NCBI GenBank assembly: GCA_963798085.1
Contig: CAWCRS010000007.1
Location: 1,824,001 to 1,888,000, forward strand
Reading direction: 5' to 3'
Length of the DNA: 64,000 nucleotides
Source of the DNA: an uncultured Gemmatimonadales bacterium
GTDB lineage: Bacteria > Gemmatimonadota > Gemmatimonadetes > Longimicrobiales > RSA9
Position 1 is the first letter of the stretch. Each line of letters opens with the position of its first letter. Below, in pieces: positions 35,786-46,167 of the stretch. The notes below the pieces were generated by a model. The model was not told where the DNA came from. It made no database searches and was given only the letters and a program-made list of their open reading frames with translations. The position numbers and the translations under genes were made by a program.

Positions 35786-36844
35786 TCAAAGAACCACCAT
35801 CGCATCTCCAAACGAATAAAACCGGTACTCCCGCGCGACCGCCTCGCGGTATGCGGCCATGACCGCGTCGTAGCCGCCGAATGCGGCGACCAGCATGAGC
35901 AGTGTGGACCGCGGCAGATGGAAATTCGTGATCAGGCGGTCCACGGCGAGGAAGGTGTGGGGCGGGCGCAGGAAGAGCGACGTCGTGCCCTCACCCGCCT
36001 GCACGGTGCCCCCGGCTTCGGCCACGGTCTCCAGTGTGCGCACGACCGTGGTTCCCACCGCCCAGACCTTGCCGCCTGCGGCGCGCGCGCGATTGATCGT
36101 GTCCGCCGCCTCCGCCGATACCTGGTACCACTCCGGGTGCATGGGGTGCTGCGCGATGTCCTCGCTCTCGACCGGGCGGAACGTGCCCGGTCCCACGTGC
36201 AGCACGAGACGCGCGATGTGCGCACGCTGCGCCAGTGTGTCCAGCAGGGCGGGCGTAAAATGCAGGCCCGCGGTGGGTGCAGCAACCGAGCCTGCGGCTT
36301 GGGCGTAAACCGTCTGATAGCGTTCGCGGTCCTCTGCTTCGGCGGCGCGATCAATGTAGGGCGGCAGCGGCACTTCGCCGTGACGCGCCAGCGCCGACAT
36401 CACATCGTCGCGCGTCAGCAGGCGCACGATGCGCCCGCCATCCGGCGTGCTGTCCAGCACATCAATGGCCAGGTCGCCGGCGATCTCGATGCGGCTGCCG
36501 GCGCGCAGTTTCGCGCCCGGCCGCACCATGGCTTCCCACACGTGGCTGTCGAAGGATGCGCCGGCTGCCGGATGCAGCAGCAGGACTTCCGCGCGCGCGC
36601 CGGTGCTCTTGCGGCCGCGCAGCCGCGCCGGGATCACGCGCGTCTCGTTCAGCACCAGCACATCGCCGGTATCGATGAGGTCGGGCAGCTCGCGGAAGAT
36701 GCGATGCTGCAGCTCGGCCGTGTTGCGTTGCAGCACGAGCAGACGGCTGGCATCGCGCGGCGTCACGGGATAACGCGCGATGCGCGCGGCAGGCAGCAGG
36801 TAGTCGAATGCGGAAAGCGGGAGCGGCGCCGGCGGGTCGGCCAC
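35786..36844 (-). CDS. queA: S-adenosylmethionine:tRNA ribosyltransferase-isomerase
   Basis: FDYLLP, VLNETRVIPARL, PLPPYI, YQTVYA, AAPTAGLHFT, TNFHLPRSTL and YSFGDAM. Confidence 0.97.
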   Translation of the reverse strand: MADPPAPLPLSAFDYLLPAARIARYPVTPRDASRLLVLQRNTAELQHRIFRELPDLIDTGDVLVLNETRVIPARLRGRKSTGARAEVLLLHPAAGASFDSHVWEAMVRPGAKLRAGSRIEIAGDLAIDVLDSTPDGGRIVRLLTRDDVMSALARHGEVPLPPYIDRAAEAEDRERYQTVYAQAAGSVAAPTAGLHFTPALLDTLAQRAHIARLVLHVGPGTFRPVESEDIAQHPMHPEWYQVSAEAADTINRARAAGGKVWAVGTTVVRTLETVAEAGGTVQAGEGTTSLFLRPPHTFLAVDRLITNFHLPRSTLLMLVAAFGGYDAVMAAYREAVAREYRFYSFGDAMVVL

Positions 36845-36908
36845 GGGAGTCGTCGCTGGAATGTCGGGCGTCGTCGCTCAGCCGGCTCTGGCGCCCGCGC
36901 TCATGGCG

Positions 36909-37259
36909 TCACGAGACCAGCCGGCCTTCCATCAGCTCGCGGATCTCTTCGACACGGTCCAGCAGCACCCACAGTTCGTCGCCGCACTCGCGCGCGTGCA
37001 GCTGCGTGATGTAGCGCATGACCATGCGCTCGATGGGATGCGTCGCGGGCAGCTCGCGCCGTTCGAAGCGGTGGCACACGGATGCCAGATCGATGCGAAA
37101 GCAATGCTCGAGCTTGCGCAGTGCCTCGAGGCGAGTGGCCATGCCCGGCGTGCCCGCGGCACGCAGTGCTGCGCACATGTTGCGACTGGAGTTTCCATGC
37201 TGCGCGAAACGCTCCACCAGCAACCGGCGGTCTCCTTCGGTCAGACAGACGACGTTCAC
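36909..37259 (-). CDS. Hypothetical protein (~116 aa, predicted helical)
   Basis: GTG at 37259 directly after the ruvB stop, preceded by GAGGGG; fills the ruvB-queA gap with protein-like composition. Confidence 0.65.
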   Translation of the reverse strand: MNVVCLTEGDRRLLVERFAQHGNSSRNMCAALRAAGTPGMATRLEALRKLEHCFRIDLASVCHRFERRELPATHPIERMVMRYITQLHARECGDELWVLLDRVEEIRELMEGRLVS

Positions 37260-37260
37260 A

Positions 37261-38299
37261 CTACCCCTCGAACAGACTTCCCTGGGAGTCGGTGCCCAGT
37301 CGTGCGGGCGGCAGCTCGAAGCCGAGTCGCCGGTACGCATGATTGGTGGCCACGCGTCCGCGCCCGGTGCGCATCAGCAGGCCGTTCTGAATCAGGAACG
37401 GCTCGTACACCTGCTCCAGTGTATCCGCATCCTCGCCCACGGCGACGGCCAGCGAATTCAGACCGACCGGTCCGCCGCCCAGTCTCGATCAGTGTGGTGA
37501 GAATCTTTCCGTCCATTTCATCCAGTCCGTATTCGTCCACATCCAGCAGCAGCAGTGCTTCGCCGGCGACATTCGCCGTGATCACACCGGAAGCGCGCAC
37601 CTGGGCATAGTCACGCACACGGCGTAACAGCCGGTTGGCGACGCGCGGTGTGCCGCGTGCCCGGCGCGCGATCTCGGTTGCGCCGTCCGGCGTACACTCC
37701 ACCTGTAGAATCTCGGCACTTCGTGACACAATGATGCAGAGATCGTCGGGCGAGTAGTAGTTCAGCCGGTTCACAATGCCGAAGCGCGCCCGCATGGGCG
37801 GGGTGAGGAGTCCGAAGCGCGTCGTCGCCCCCACCAGTGTGAAACGTTCGATCTCGACGGGCAGCGTCTGCGCCTTCGGTCCCTCGCCCAGGCGGATCTC
37901 GATGCGATAGTCCTCCATCGCGGGATACAGATACTCTTCCAGCACGGGGCGGAGGCGGTGGATCTCATCAATGAACAGGATGTCGCGACTGCGCAGGTTG
38001 GTGAGGATCTGCACCAGGTCGCCGGCCTTCTCGAGCACCGGGCCCGACGTGATCTTGATGTTCACGCCCAGCTCTCTGGCCAGCAGCATCGCGAGCGTGG
38101 TCTTGCCCAGTCCCGGCGGACCGAAGAACAGCGTGTGGTCCAGTGCTTCGCGTCGCACCAGCGCGGCGTCAAGGGCAATGCGGAGACTGTCCTTCAGCTT
38201 CGACTGGCCAATGAATTCGGCCAGCCGCTGCGGTCTGAGCGAAAGCTCCATGACGCCTTCATCGCCCAGCACATCCGGCGTCGTGATCTCCGATCGCAT
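37261..38299 (-). CDS. ruvB: Holliday junction branch migration helicase RuvB (frameshift near 37480)
   Basis: [33 protein letters not shown] and [11 protein letters not shown]; the shifted frame continues GPVGL..EPFLIQ..RGR to TAG at 37263-37261. Confidence 0.95.
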
Positions 38300-38473
38300 A
38301 CCTGTCGCGTTCTCGTCGGTTGCGGGCTCCCGGCAGGCGAGCCCATTCATCAGGCAGGCTCAATTATCGGGGCCGGCAGGGGCCGTGGCAACCGCCGCGC
38401 ACGGGCTCGGTCCGCGCCCGCATCTGCACGGTCGGCCGCGGATTCCAGCATCGGTGTTGTGTGTCTGTGACGT

Positions 38474-39052
38474 TCAGCGGCGCTCGCCTTGCGGGTCACT
38501 GCCTGGCAGCACGCGAGCGAGTGCGCCGGCTGCGCTGCGCCTGGGCGGCGCCGACCACTGCTCCGACTCCCACACGGCCTGCACCGTATCCTGGTTCAAC
38601 ACAATGTCGCCCCAGAACACGTTGCGACCGCGTGGCGGCCGCCCGCTCTTGAGCAGCTCGACAGCAAGCAGCGGCACGAAGGAACCGGAAGACTCGAGGA
38701 AGTCACCCAGGCGCTGGCGAGGACTGAGCAGCAGACCGCCGCGCAGGAAGAGTCCGCCCTCTACCAGCAGCTCGACACCGTGCGCCTGCGCCGCGGGCAG
38801 CGTGTTGACCAGCGGCACATTCGTTTCCACCGCGGTCGCGTACAGCACCTGGTCTGTGCGCAGCACGGCGAACTCGACGCGTTCATGCAATGGTTGCCAG
38901 CTCAACTCGACGAGGTGCAGATAACCGCGACGGTTCGCGAGATACGAGCTGAGCGACAATCCCTCGGGCATCAGTGCGAACGCTTCCGCCATCCGGAAAT
39001 CCCGGAGGAAGAAGCGCAGCCGCCGGCGAGGCAGACGGGTGGCGTCCGGCAT
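38474..39052 (-). CDS. Hypothetical protein with two internally similar beta-rich domains
   Basis: 192-aa ORF between ruvA and ruvB; halves share an L.(S/D)(Y/F)L...G.(Y/F)..L pattern. Confidence 0.7.
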   Translation of the reverse strand: MPDATRLPRRRLRFFLRDFRMAEAFALMPEGLSLSSYLANRRGYLHLVELSWQPLHERVEFAVLRTDQVLYATAVETNVPLVNTLPAAQAHGVELLVEGGLFLRGGLLLSPRQRLGDFLESSGSFVPLLAVELLKSGRPPRGRNVFWGDIVLNQDTVQAVWESEQWSAPPRRSAAGALARVLPGSDPQGERR

Positions 39053-39128
39053 CAGACTCCATTGGCGGTGGTAACATGCGGGACTCTGCTGTTAAGCGTC
39101 GAGCGGCGGGCGGTATTTCTTGAAGGTT

Positions 39129-39725
39129 TCAGGCGGAGCTGATGCTGCCCAGCGCGGCGCGGATCACCTTTTCCGTCCCCGCGAGGCTGCCATCGGCATC
39201 CAGCACACGCCGCACTGCCGCCGTGGCAGCCGCCGGCGAGTATCCCAGCGCGATCAGTGCCGCAATTGCTTCTTCGGCGCCACGCGTGTCGCGCCGACCC
39301 GTCGTCGTCACAATGGCCAGGTCATCCAGCCGATCCGCCAGCTCGACGATCAGCTTCTCCGCTTTCTTCGTTCCCAGTCCCGGCACCTTGCGCAGTGTGG
39401 GAATGTCTTTCTCGACGATGGCGCGCAGCAGTCGCTCGGGAGACAAGGTGGACAGCACATTGAGCGCGAGGCGAGGCCCGACGCCTGTGGCCGTCAGCAG
39501 CCGGGCGAACACGCTGCGTTCCCCCTCCTCGATGAAACCGTAGAGCGTGATGGCGTTGTCGCGGAAGACGTGCTCGATGCGCAGCTCGACGGTGCTGCCT
39601 TCGCGCGGCAGCCGCTCATAGACGGTCAGCGGCACCAGCACCTCGTAGCCCACGCCGGATGCCGTCATGATTTCGGCAATGCCCGGCTTGCGTGTCAGCA
39701 GTGTGCCGTGCAGGCGACTGATCAT
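39129..39725 (-). CDS. ruvA: Holliday junction branch migration protein RuvA
   Basis: MISRLHG, GVGYEV, LYGF, GVGPRLAL, VPGLGTKKA and ALIALGY. Confidence 0.96.
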   Translation of the reverse strand: MISRLHGTLLTRKPGIAEIMTASGVGYEVLVPLTVYERLPREGSTVELRIEHVFRDNAITLYGFIEEGERSVFARLLTATGVGPRLALNVLSTLSPERLLRAIVEKDIPTLRKVPGLGTKKAEKLIVELADRLDDLAIVTTTGRRDTRGAEEAIAALIALGYSPAAATAAVRRVLDADGSLAGTEKVIRAALGSISSA

Positions 39726-40219
39726 GTGGCGCGTCGCACGAACGCGTGCAAAGCCGCTTCACCGCAATGACAGAGCGCGATGGCGACGCCGTCCGCGGCA
39801 TCGGATGGCGTGGGTGGTGTGCGCAGTCGCAAACGCTGCTGCACCATGTACTGCACCTGCTCCTTGGTCGCGCGCCCGGTGCCGCTGACTGCGACCTTGA
39901 TCTCCGCGGGCGAGTATTCGGCGATGGGCAGACCCCGCAGTGTGGCGGCGAGGATGGCGGCGGCGCGCGCGTGACCCAGCAGCAGACTGCTGCGGGCATT
40001 CTTGCCGTGAAACGCGCGCTCGACGGCGACGGCGTCGAACGTGTGCCGGTCCAGCACCTCGCCCACACCTTCGAATATGGCGAGCAGGCGAGCCGGCAGC
40101 TCATCTTCCGCCTGCGTACGGATCACACCGCACTCGAGAAGCGAAACGGCGCCGTCGCGCTGTGCGATGACGCCGTACCCTGTGGAGCGGGAGCCCGGAT
40201 CGATGCCGAGTACGATCAC
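39722..40219 (-). CDS. ruvC: Crossover junction endodeoxyribonuclease RuvC
   Basis: VLGIDPGS, AVE, ATKEQVQYMV and DAADGVAIALCH. Confidence 0.96.
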   Translation of the reverse strand: MIVLGIDPGSRSTGYGVIAQRDGAVSLLECGVIRTQAEDELPARLLAIFEGVGEVLDRHTFDAVAVERAFHGKNARSSLLLGHARAAAILAATLRGLPIAEYSPAEIKVAVSGTGRATKEQVQYMVQQRLRLRTPPTPSDAADGVAIALCHCGEAALHAFVRRAT

Positions 40220-40965
40220 GCGCCGCTCTCCGCGAAAGCCGACTCGTCGACATTCGCGTTCGAGGAGACCTTCTGCACATCGTCCAGCTCATCGATGGCG
40301 TCGAGCAGGCGCACCAGTTTCTGGGCGTCGTCGCCACTCACGTCGACACTCGCGCGCGGCACCATGGCCAGCTCCGCCGACTCGAATGTAATGCCGCGTT
40401 TGAGCATGGCATCCTGCACCGCGTTGAAGCCCGGCAGGTCGGTCGAGATCACGTACTCGTCGCCATCACGCTTCATGTCGGAAGCGCCCGCTTCCAGCGC
40501 GGCTTCGAGCGTGGAGTCCTCGTCGTAGCGCCCGGCACTCACGTAGATCTGGCCCAGCCGGTCGAACTGCCATGACACGGATCCGCTCGTGCCCAGCGAA
40601 CCGCCGTGCTTGGTCAGCGCGTGCCGCAGTTCCGCAACCGTGCGCGTCGGATTGTCCGTCAGCGTTTCAATGTACAGTGCGGCGCCGCCCGGCCCGTATC
40701 CTTCGTACGCGATCTCTTCGTAGTGCACGCCTTCCAGCTCGCCCGTGCCCTTCTTGATGGCGCGCTCAATGTTTTCCGCCGGCATGTTCGCGGCCTTTGC
40801 GGTGTCGACGGCCAGCCGCAGCCGTGGATTGAAGTTGACATCGCCGCCGCTGGAGCGTGCGGCAACCGTGATCTCGCGGATCAGTCGCGTGAACGCCTGC
40901 CCGCGTTTCGTGTCATTGACGGCTTTCTTGCGCTTGATCTGCGCCCACTTGCTGTGGCCGGCCAC
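40216..40965 (-). CDS. yebC: YebC/PmpR family protein
   Basis: MAGHSKWAQIK, NPRLRLA, YEGYGPGG, TDNPTRT and DDVQKV; AGGAGG upstream of the GTG start. Confidence 0.96.
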   Translation of the reverse strand: MAGHSKWAQIKRKKAVNDTKRGQAFTRLIREITVAARSSGGDVNFNPRLRLAVDTAKAANMPAENIERAIKKGTGELEGVHYEEIAYEGYGPGGAALYIETLTDNPTRTVAELRHALTKHGGSLGTSGSVSWQFDRLGQIYVSAGRYDEDSTLEAALEAGASDMKRDGDEYVISTDLPGFNAVQDAMLKRGITFESAELAMVPRASVDVSGDDAQKLVRLLDAIDELDDVQKVSSNANVDESAFAESGA

Positions 40966-41031
40966 GGGCGCCTCCTGGAAATCCGGGAAAGTTATTGCGT
41001 GAGAACAGCTTGACTGCCCGACAAGCGCTCT

Positions 41032-41061
41032 AATCTAAGTGCCGGCCCGGTGCCCGGGCAA
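41032..41061 (-). promoter_or_regulatory. Possible sigma70-type promoter for the yebC-ruv operon
   Basis: TTGCCC-N18-TAGATT on the minus strand about 70 bp upstream of yebC, followed by an AT-richer leader. Confidence 0.35.
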
Positions 41062-41086
41062 CGGGCCCGCACGACCCGCGCGCGCT

Positions 41087-42509
41087 TCAGCGCGCGCGGT
41101 CAAACCGGATGTTGCGTACGCGACCCGCCTGTACCGTGAAGGCAATGACACCTCCGCCGGCGTCGCGCACGAATTGCAGGCCGAGGCTGCCGGCCCGGAA
41201 CGCATCGCTGCTGGTAGGGCGGAGCACTGCCGGCTCGGCCGCTCGGCGCTGCAATACCAGGTTACTCCCCTGCAGCACCAGCGTATACGTGACGTCCAGT
41301 TCTTCGCTGTGGTAATTCCCTGCCAGCTGGCGCAGCACAGCCGCATCCGGCGTCCACGCTGGCGCCTCCGGCGCAGCGCCCTGGGCGGCAGCGCCCTGCG
41401 CGCGCGTTGGCGGTGCCTGCATGCGATCGCCCAGCCAGACCTGCGCCACGCGCTCGGCCAGGCCGCTCGGCGCAATGCTCCCGAGGTTGCAGAGCACGAA
41501 AACGGCGAAGTGCTGGTCCGGGAAACGCAGCAGCTCGGCGCGGAACCCCATCAGCGAGCCGCTGTGCCGCACCGTGTGCAGCCCGCGATACTGTCCGATC
41601 GATGAGGCCCTGGGCGTACCCGAGCGTGTCGCCGTTGTCGAGCACGGCGCGCGTCTGCATCTGGCGCAGGAACGCATCCCCGCCCACGCGGCCGTCGTAG
41701 AACTCGTCGTCCCACTTGAGCAGGTCCTCGACCGTCGTGTAGAGCCCGCCCGCGCCGATCTTGTCGAAATTCGGCAGGTCGGCCATGCGAAATGCATTGT
41801 TAGAAGCCGGCATGTAACTCACCACGCGGTCCGGCATGGGATGGCCCGGGTCGTCGTGGAAATGCGAGTGCATCATGCCCAGCGGCTGGAACAGCTGCCG
41901 GCGCGCGTACTCGCGCAGTGACTCGCCACTCACGCGCTTCACGATCTGGCCCAGCAGCCAGTAGCCCGTGTTGCTGTAGAGGTAGTCCGAGCCCGGTGCG
42001 AAATTCAGCGCCTTCTGCCGCGCGATCAGCGCCAGTGCATCAGCGTCCGGAAACACGTCTTCCATGCGGATGCCGGCGAGGTCCATGAGCACGTAAATGT
42101 CGCGCAGGCCGCTGGTGTGGTGCAGCAGATCCAGGATGGTGATGGTCTCGCCGTAGTCGGGCAGCTCGGGAATGTACTTGCGCACGTCATCGGTCAGGCG
42201 GATGCGGCCCTGCGCCGCCAGCAGCGTGATGCTCGCGGCCGTGAACTGCTTCGACACCGAACCCACGTAGTAGACCATACGCGGCGAATTCGCGATGCCG
42301 TAATCCAGGTTGGCCATGCCGTAGCCACGCTCGTACAGGAAGCGGCCGTTCTGCGCCACACCCAGCGCGCATCCCGGACTGTCGCTGCGGTCCCATGGCG
42401 AGAAAATGCTGTCGACGGCCGGATTCCCGGACTGCGTCTGTGCCGCGGTCTGCACGGCGCCGGAGACCAGAAGGGCCAGGCTCACGGTACAGGCGGTGGC
42501 TCGCATCAT
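41087..42509 (-). CDS. Secreted beta-lactamase-family serine hydrolase (D-aminopeptidase-like; frameshift near 41600)
   Basis: Signal peptide; GSVSKQF (SxxK), LLHHTSG, YSNTGY; HSGS in ORF 41087..41797. Confidence 0.88.
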
Positions 42510-42644
42510 GGAGACCTCGGTTTCGGACGACGACGCCGCTTCAGCACCCGTCGTCGCTCCGGTTGCACGACCGTGCTTGCGATGTCGCGATCACAGACCT
42601 ATGCATGCACTTTCGCACCGAACCACGCAACATTGCGAACGCGC

Positions 42645-43787
42645 ATGACCGACCACGCGCAGCAGGGCGGATCCGCCGCCGCAGCCGCACCAGGCAGGCA
42701 TGCAGCCGCTTCGTCTGCGGGCGAAACCGCATCGCGTGAGCGACGACGGGTGGTCATCAATCTGCGCGAGAGTCGACCCGCGTGGCAGATGCCGGAATGG
42801 GCGCGCACGGCCATCGGCGCTGCGTTTCCCAGAGACTGGGACGTCGTCTTCCTCAATGCCGGCGTCGATGCGAAAGCCGGTCACGGCAATGGGGGCGGCG
42901 CGTCTGCCGAAGCGATCGCCGCAGCGCACGGCATGGAAGTCTATCTCGGCTTCGGTGCACCGCGCGAAGTCTTCCTCGCCGCGACTGGGGGCCCCGCACC
43001 GAAGCTGCACTGGATGCACACCGGCACCGCGGGCGTGGCTTCCCTGCTCTATCCCGAGGAATGGTCGCGTCTAATGTGGTGCTGACGAATTCCGCCGGCG
43101 TGCACGCGCCCGCGGTGGCGGAATCGGTGCTGGCCATGATGCTGCACTTCGCGCGCGGTCTCGATTACGCGGTGCGCGCGCAGGCGCATGCAGAGTGGAA
43201 GACCGATCCCGTCTCGACGCGCCCCGGCGCGGTCACCGAGATCGGCGGCGCCACACTCGGCGTGCTCGGCCTCGGTGGCATTGGCCGCGAAGTGGCTTGG
43301 CGTGCGCACGCGCTGGGCATGTCCGTGCTCGCGCTGCGCCGTTCCGACCAGGCCGCACCCGATGGCGTCCAGCTGCTTTCCGGACCCGACGCGCTCGATC
43401 AGCTGCTGGCGCGCAGCGATTACGTCGTGCTCTCATTGCCTTCGACACCGGCAACGCGCGGACTGCTTGGCGCCGGCGAGATCTCACGCATCAAGCCCGG
43501 CGCCGTGCTCATCAACGTGGCGCGGTGATGTCCTGGACGAGGCAGCGTTGATCGCCGCACTGCGCTCCGGCGCATTGCGTGGCGCTGGCCTCAATGTCTT
43601 CCGCATCGAGCCGCTGCCCGCCGATTCCCCGCTCTGGCGCCTGCCCAATGTGCTGATCACCCCGCACGTCAGCGCCACCACGACCCGCTTCTGGAACCGC
43701 GAAGTCGCATTGATCGTGGAGAACGTCGGCCGCTACCTCCGTGGCGCTCCTCTGCTGAATACGGTGGACAAACGGCTCGGCTATTGA
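42645..43787 (+). CDS. D-2-hydroxyacid dehydrogenase (frameshifts near 43060 and 43525)
   Basis: WMHTGTAGV, LTNSAG, GLGGIG, INVAR, EPLP..SPLW and ITPHVS across three frames. Confidence 0.88.
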
Positions 43788-43793
43788 TTGGCG

Positions 43794-44197
43794 GACTGCG
43801 TTGCTGGGGCTCGGGCTGGTTGCCGGGAAACGACAACAGATCGAACCGCGTTTCCAGGGCTGGTTGCCGCGGAACGACAATGGACTGGATCCTCGTTGGT
43901 GCGCAGGCTGGGTAGTACTGCGAGCGTGCGTACGTTCGCGCGTACGGGCTCCAATGCAGACATCTAACAGTCGGCTAGCAACCCACGCGGGCCGCCCTCA
44001 GTTCAGCGACCCGCCCTCATCCTTCGGCATCGCCCGGTGAAGCCCATCAGAGCCGGCACCCTGAACCCGGCTGCCCGGCCCCAATCCGTTGTCCGTTCCC
44101 GGGCGACGAGCCCCGGCAACCATCGCCCGCAACGAAGTTTGATCGGCTGTTCGTTCCCCAGCCCGAGCCCCAGCCCCAGCCCGCACCCGAGAAACGG
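43794..44197. repeat. Composite palindromic element, copy 2 (intergenic, between convergent genes)
   Basis: Left: degenerate arms gactgcgttgctggggctcgggctggttgccgggaaacg and gggctggttgccgcggaacg; right: inverted arm 44094-44139 (39/46 to the second arm of copy 1), then hexamer tract ccccagcccgagccccagccccagccc. Confidence 0.8.
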
Positions 44198-44207
44198 TCC
44201 CGGAGAC

Positions 44208-45881
44208 TCAGCTCGGTCCCTTCCTGGCGCCATCCTGGCATTGCGGCCACTGGCCGGGCTGGCCGCCGCGGCCGCTGATGTTGGCGCGATCACGCGGGAT
44301 CATTACGGGATCCTCGGAGGCCAGGTATACGAGCATCGCGGTCAGGGTCGCGTTGTTCTTCAGGTCGTCGAACACGATCTTGTCGTAGGAGTCGCGGTTG
44401 GTGTGCCAGGTGAGCGTGCCGTAGTTCCAGCCCAGCGCGCCCAGACCGAAGGCTGGTGTGCCGAAACAGGCAAACGACGCGTTATCGCTGCCACCGCCCG
44501 CCGGCCCGCCCGGGATCCCGAGATCGATCTGCCCTGTGATCTGCGCGGGGATCTTCGCGAACCAGTCGGCCACGTGCGAGCCGGCCGCGAGCATGCCGCC
44601 CATGCCCATGTTCACCACACGGCCGGTGCCGTTGTCCTGGTTGAACAGCGCCTGCAGCCCCTGCACCACCTCCGGGTGGTCGTGCGCCCAGGCGCGCGAG
44701 CCGTTCAGTCCCTGCTCCTCGCTGCTCCAGTGCCCGGCGATAATGGTGCGTTTGGGATTCGGATAGGCCTGTCGCAGGATGCGCATGGCCTCGAGCATGG
44801 TGATGGTGCCGGTGCCGTTGTCGGTGGCACCTGACGAGCTGTCGAAGGAATCGAAGTGCGCCGACAGCATGACGTACTCATTGGGCTTCTCCGAACCCTT
44901 CACCGTGGCGATGGTGTTGACCGTGGGCACATCGCCCAGGAACTCGGCCTGCGCTTCCACGCGGATGCGCGGACCCTGGTTGTTCTCCGCCAGGCGATAC
45001 AGCAGCCCGTAATCCTCACACATGATGTCGAGTGTGGGCGCCTTCTTCGTGTTGGTAGTGAACACCTTGTCCGTTCCCGGCAGACCCGACCACTCCGACT
45101 GCAGGATGCCCAGCGCGCCGGCATCTTCCAGCGTGGTGTGCAGCTGCTTGATCAACGCTCCGAGCGGGCTGGTCGACGTGCCGGGCTGTGCGCCTGCGGC
45201 GGCCAGCAGCCGCGCGTTCCACGCGGCCCGGTCGCGCGCCTGCTCGAGGCGAATGCGCGCCAGCGAGCTGGTGGTGTCGGGCCCACCGCCGCGACCGCCG
45301 AACCCGCCACCGCCGCGGCCACCTCGGCCGCCACCCCCACCCGCACCGCTGCCACCCTGCGCAAACTCATCCCACTCCGCATCGGAACGGCACGTCGGCT
45401 GCGCCATGTTGAGCAGCACGAACTTGCCTTTCGCCTGCGGCAGCCACGCCGTGAACTCCTGCTGGCTTTTCACGTCGGGCAGAATGACAACGGGTCCTTC
45501 CACCGGACCCCTGGTGCCCGCGCTCCAGCCGAGCATCGTGCCTTCCAGCGTGCGCACGCGCGGCGCGACCATGTCGATGTGCGTGATGCCGCGGCGCCAG
45601 CCCGCCCATGTGCCGTATTGCTCGATCTTCGCGGGGACACCCCACGAACCGTACATTTTCACCAGCCACTCATGGCCGCTCATCAGCGGCGGCGTGCCCG
45701 TGAGGCGTCCGCCGATCGAGTCGAACAGCACCTGCGCCAGCTTCTGCGCCTGCGACTCGTTCATTCCCAGCTGCCAGATGCGTTTGATGACCGGATCATC
45801 GGTGGGAAACTGCTGGGCGCTGATCGGCGCCACTGCGCCGAGGAGCGCGAAGCCCAGACCGACGACTGCCGCGTGTTTCAT
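44208..45881 (-). CDS. Secreted M28-family metallopeptidase with Gly/Arg-rich insertion
   Basis: Signal peptide; LSAHFDS, GATDNGTG, SEEQGL, NQDNG, GGSD and TWHTNRD. Confidence 0.9.
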   Translation of the reverse strand: MKHAAVVGLGFALLGAVAPISAQQFPTDDPVIKRIWQLGMNESQAQKLAQVLFDSIGGRLTGTPPLMSGHEWLVKMYGSWGVPAKIEQYGTWAGWRRGITHIDMVAPRVRTLEGTMLGWSAGTRGPVEGPVVILPDVKSQQEFTAWLPQAKGKFVLLNMAQPTCRSDAEWDEFAQGGSGAGGGGGRGGRGGGGFGGRGGGPDTTSSLARIRLEQARDRAAWNARLLAAAGAQPGTSTSPLGALIKQLHTTLEDAGALGILQSEWSGLPGTDKVFTTNTKKAPTLDIMCEDYGLLYRLAENNQGPRIRVEAQAEFLGDVPTVNTIATVKGSEKPNEYVMLSAHFDSFDSSSGATDNGTGTITMLEAMRILRQAYPNPKRTIIAGHWSSEEQGLNGSRAWAHDHPEVVQGLQALFNQDNGTGRVVNMGMGGMLAAGSHVADWFAKIPAQITGQIDLGIPGGPAGGGSDNASFACFGTPAFGLGALGWNYGTLTWHTNRDSYDKIVFDDLKNNATLTAMLVYLASEDPVMIPRDRANISGRGGQPGQWPQCQDGARKGPS

Positions 45882-46167
45882 GACCGTTCTCCGGCTGGAT
45901 GGCGATTCCGTTTCGGTTGCGACATTGGGAAGCTGGCGCGCCGGGCGGGCCGTTGCAAGCGCTGAAGAGCCGGACGCGTGTCGTCGCCTGCAATCAGCTC
46001 AGGAAGCTGGTCAGGTCGAGGTAATCGCGCACCACCAGGACGCCGTTCGCGTTGCACGCACGAACCTGTACGCGCGCTGGCGGTGTCCCGCAGGCGCCGG
46101 TGCCTGAATCCCTGCGCGTGCTCGTGACGTATGCTGTGACGGTGCCACCTCGAACAGATCGCGACTG

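Noticed and set aside
41076..41099. ccgcgcgcgct/agcgcgcgcgg hairpin at the serine hydrolase stop as a terminator
   Set aside because: No U-tract, and alternating CG runs self-pair by chance in high-GC DNA.
43960..44040. ctaac motif as an integron attC site
   Set aside because: No matching GTTRRRY end at a suitable distance, no cassette ORF and no integrase in the window.
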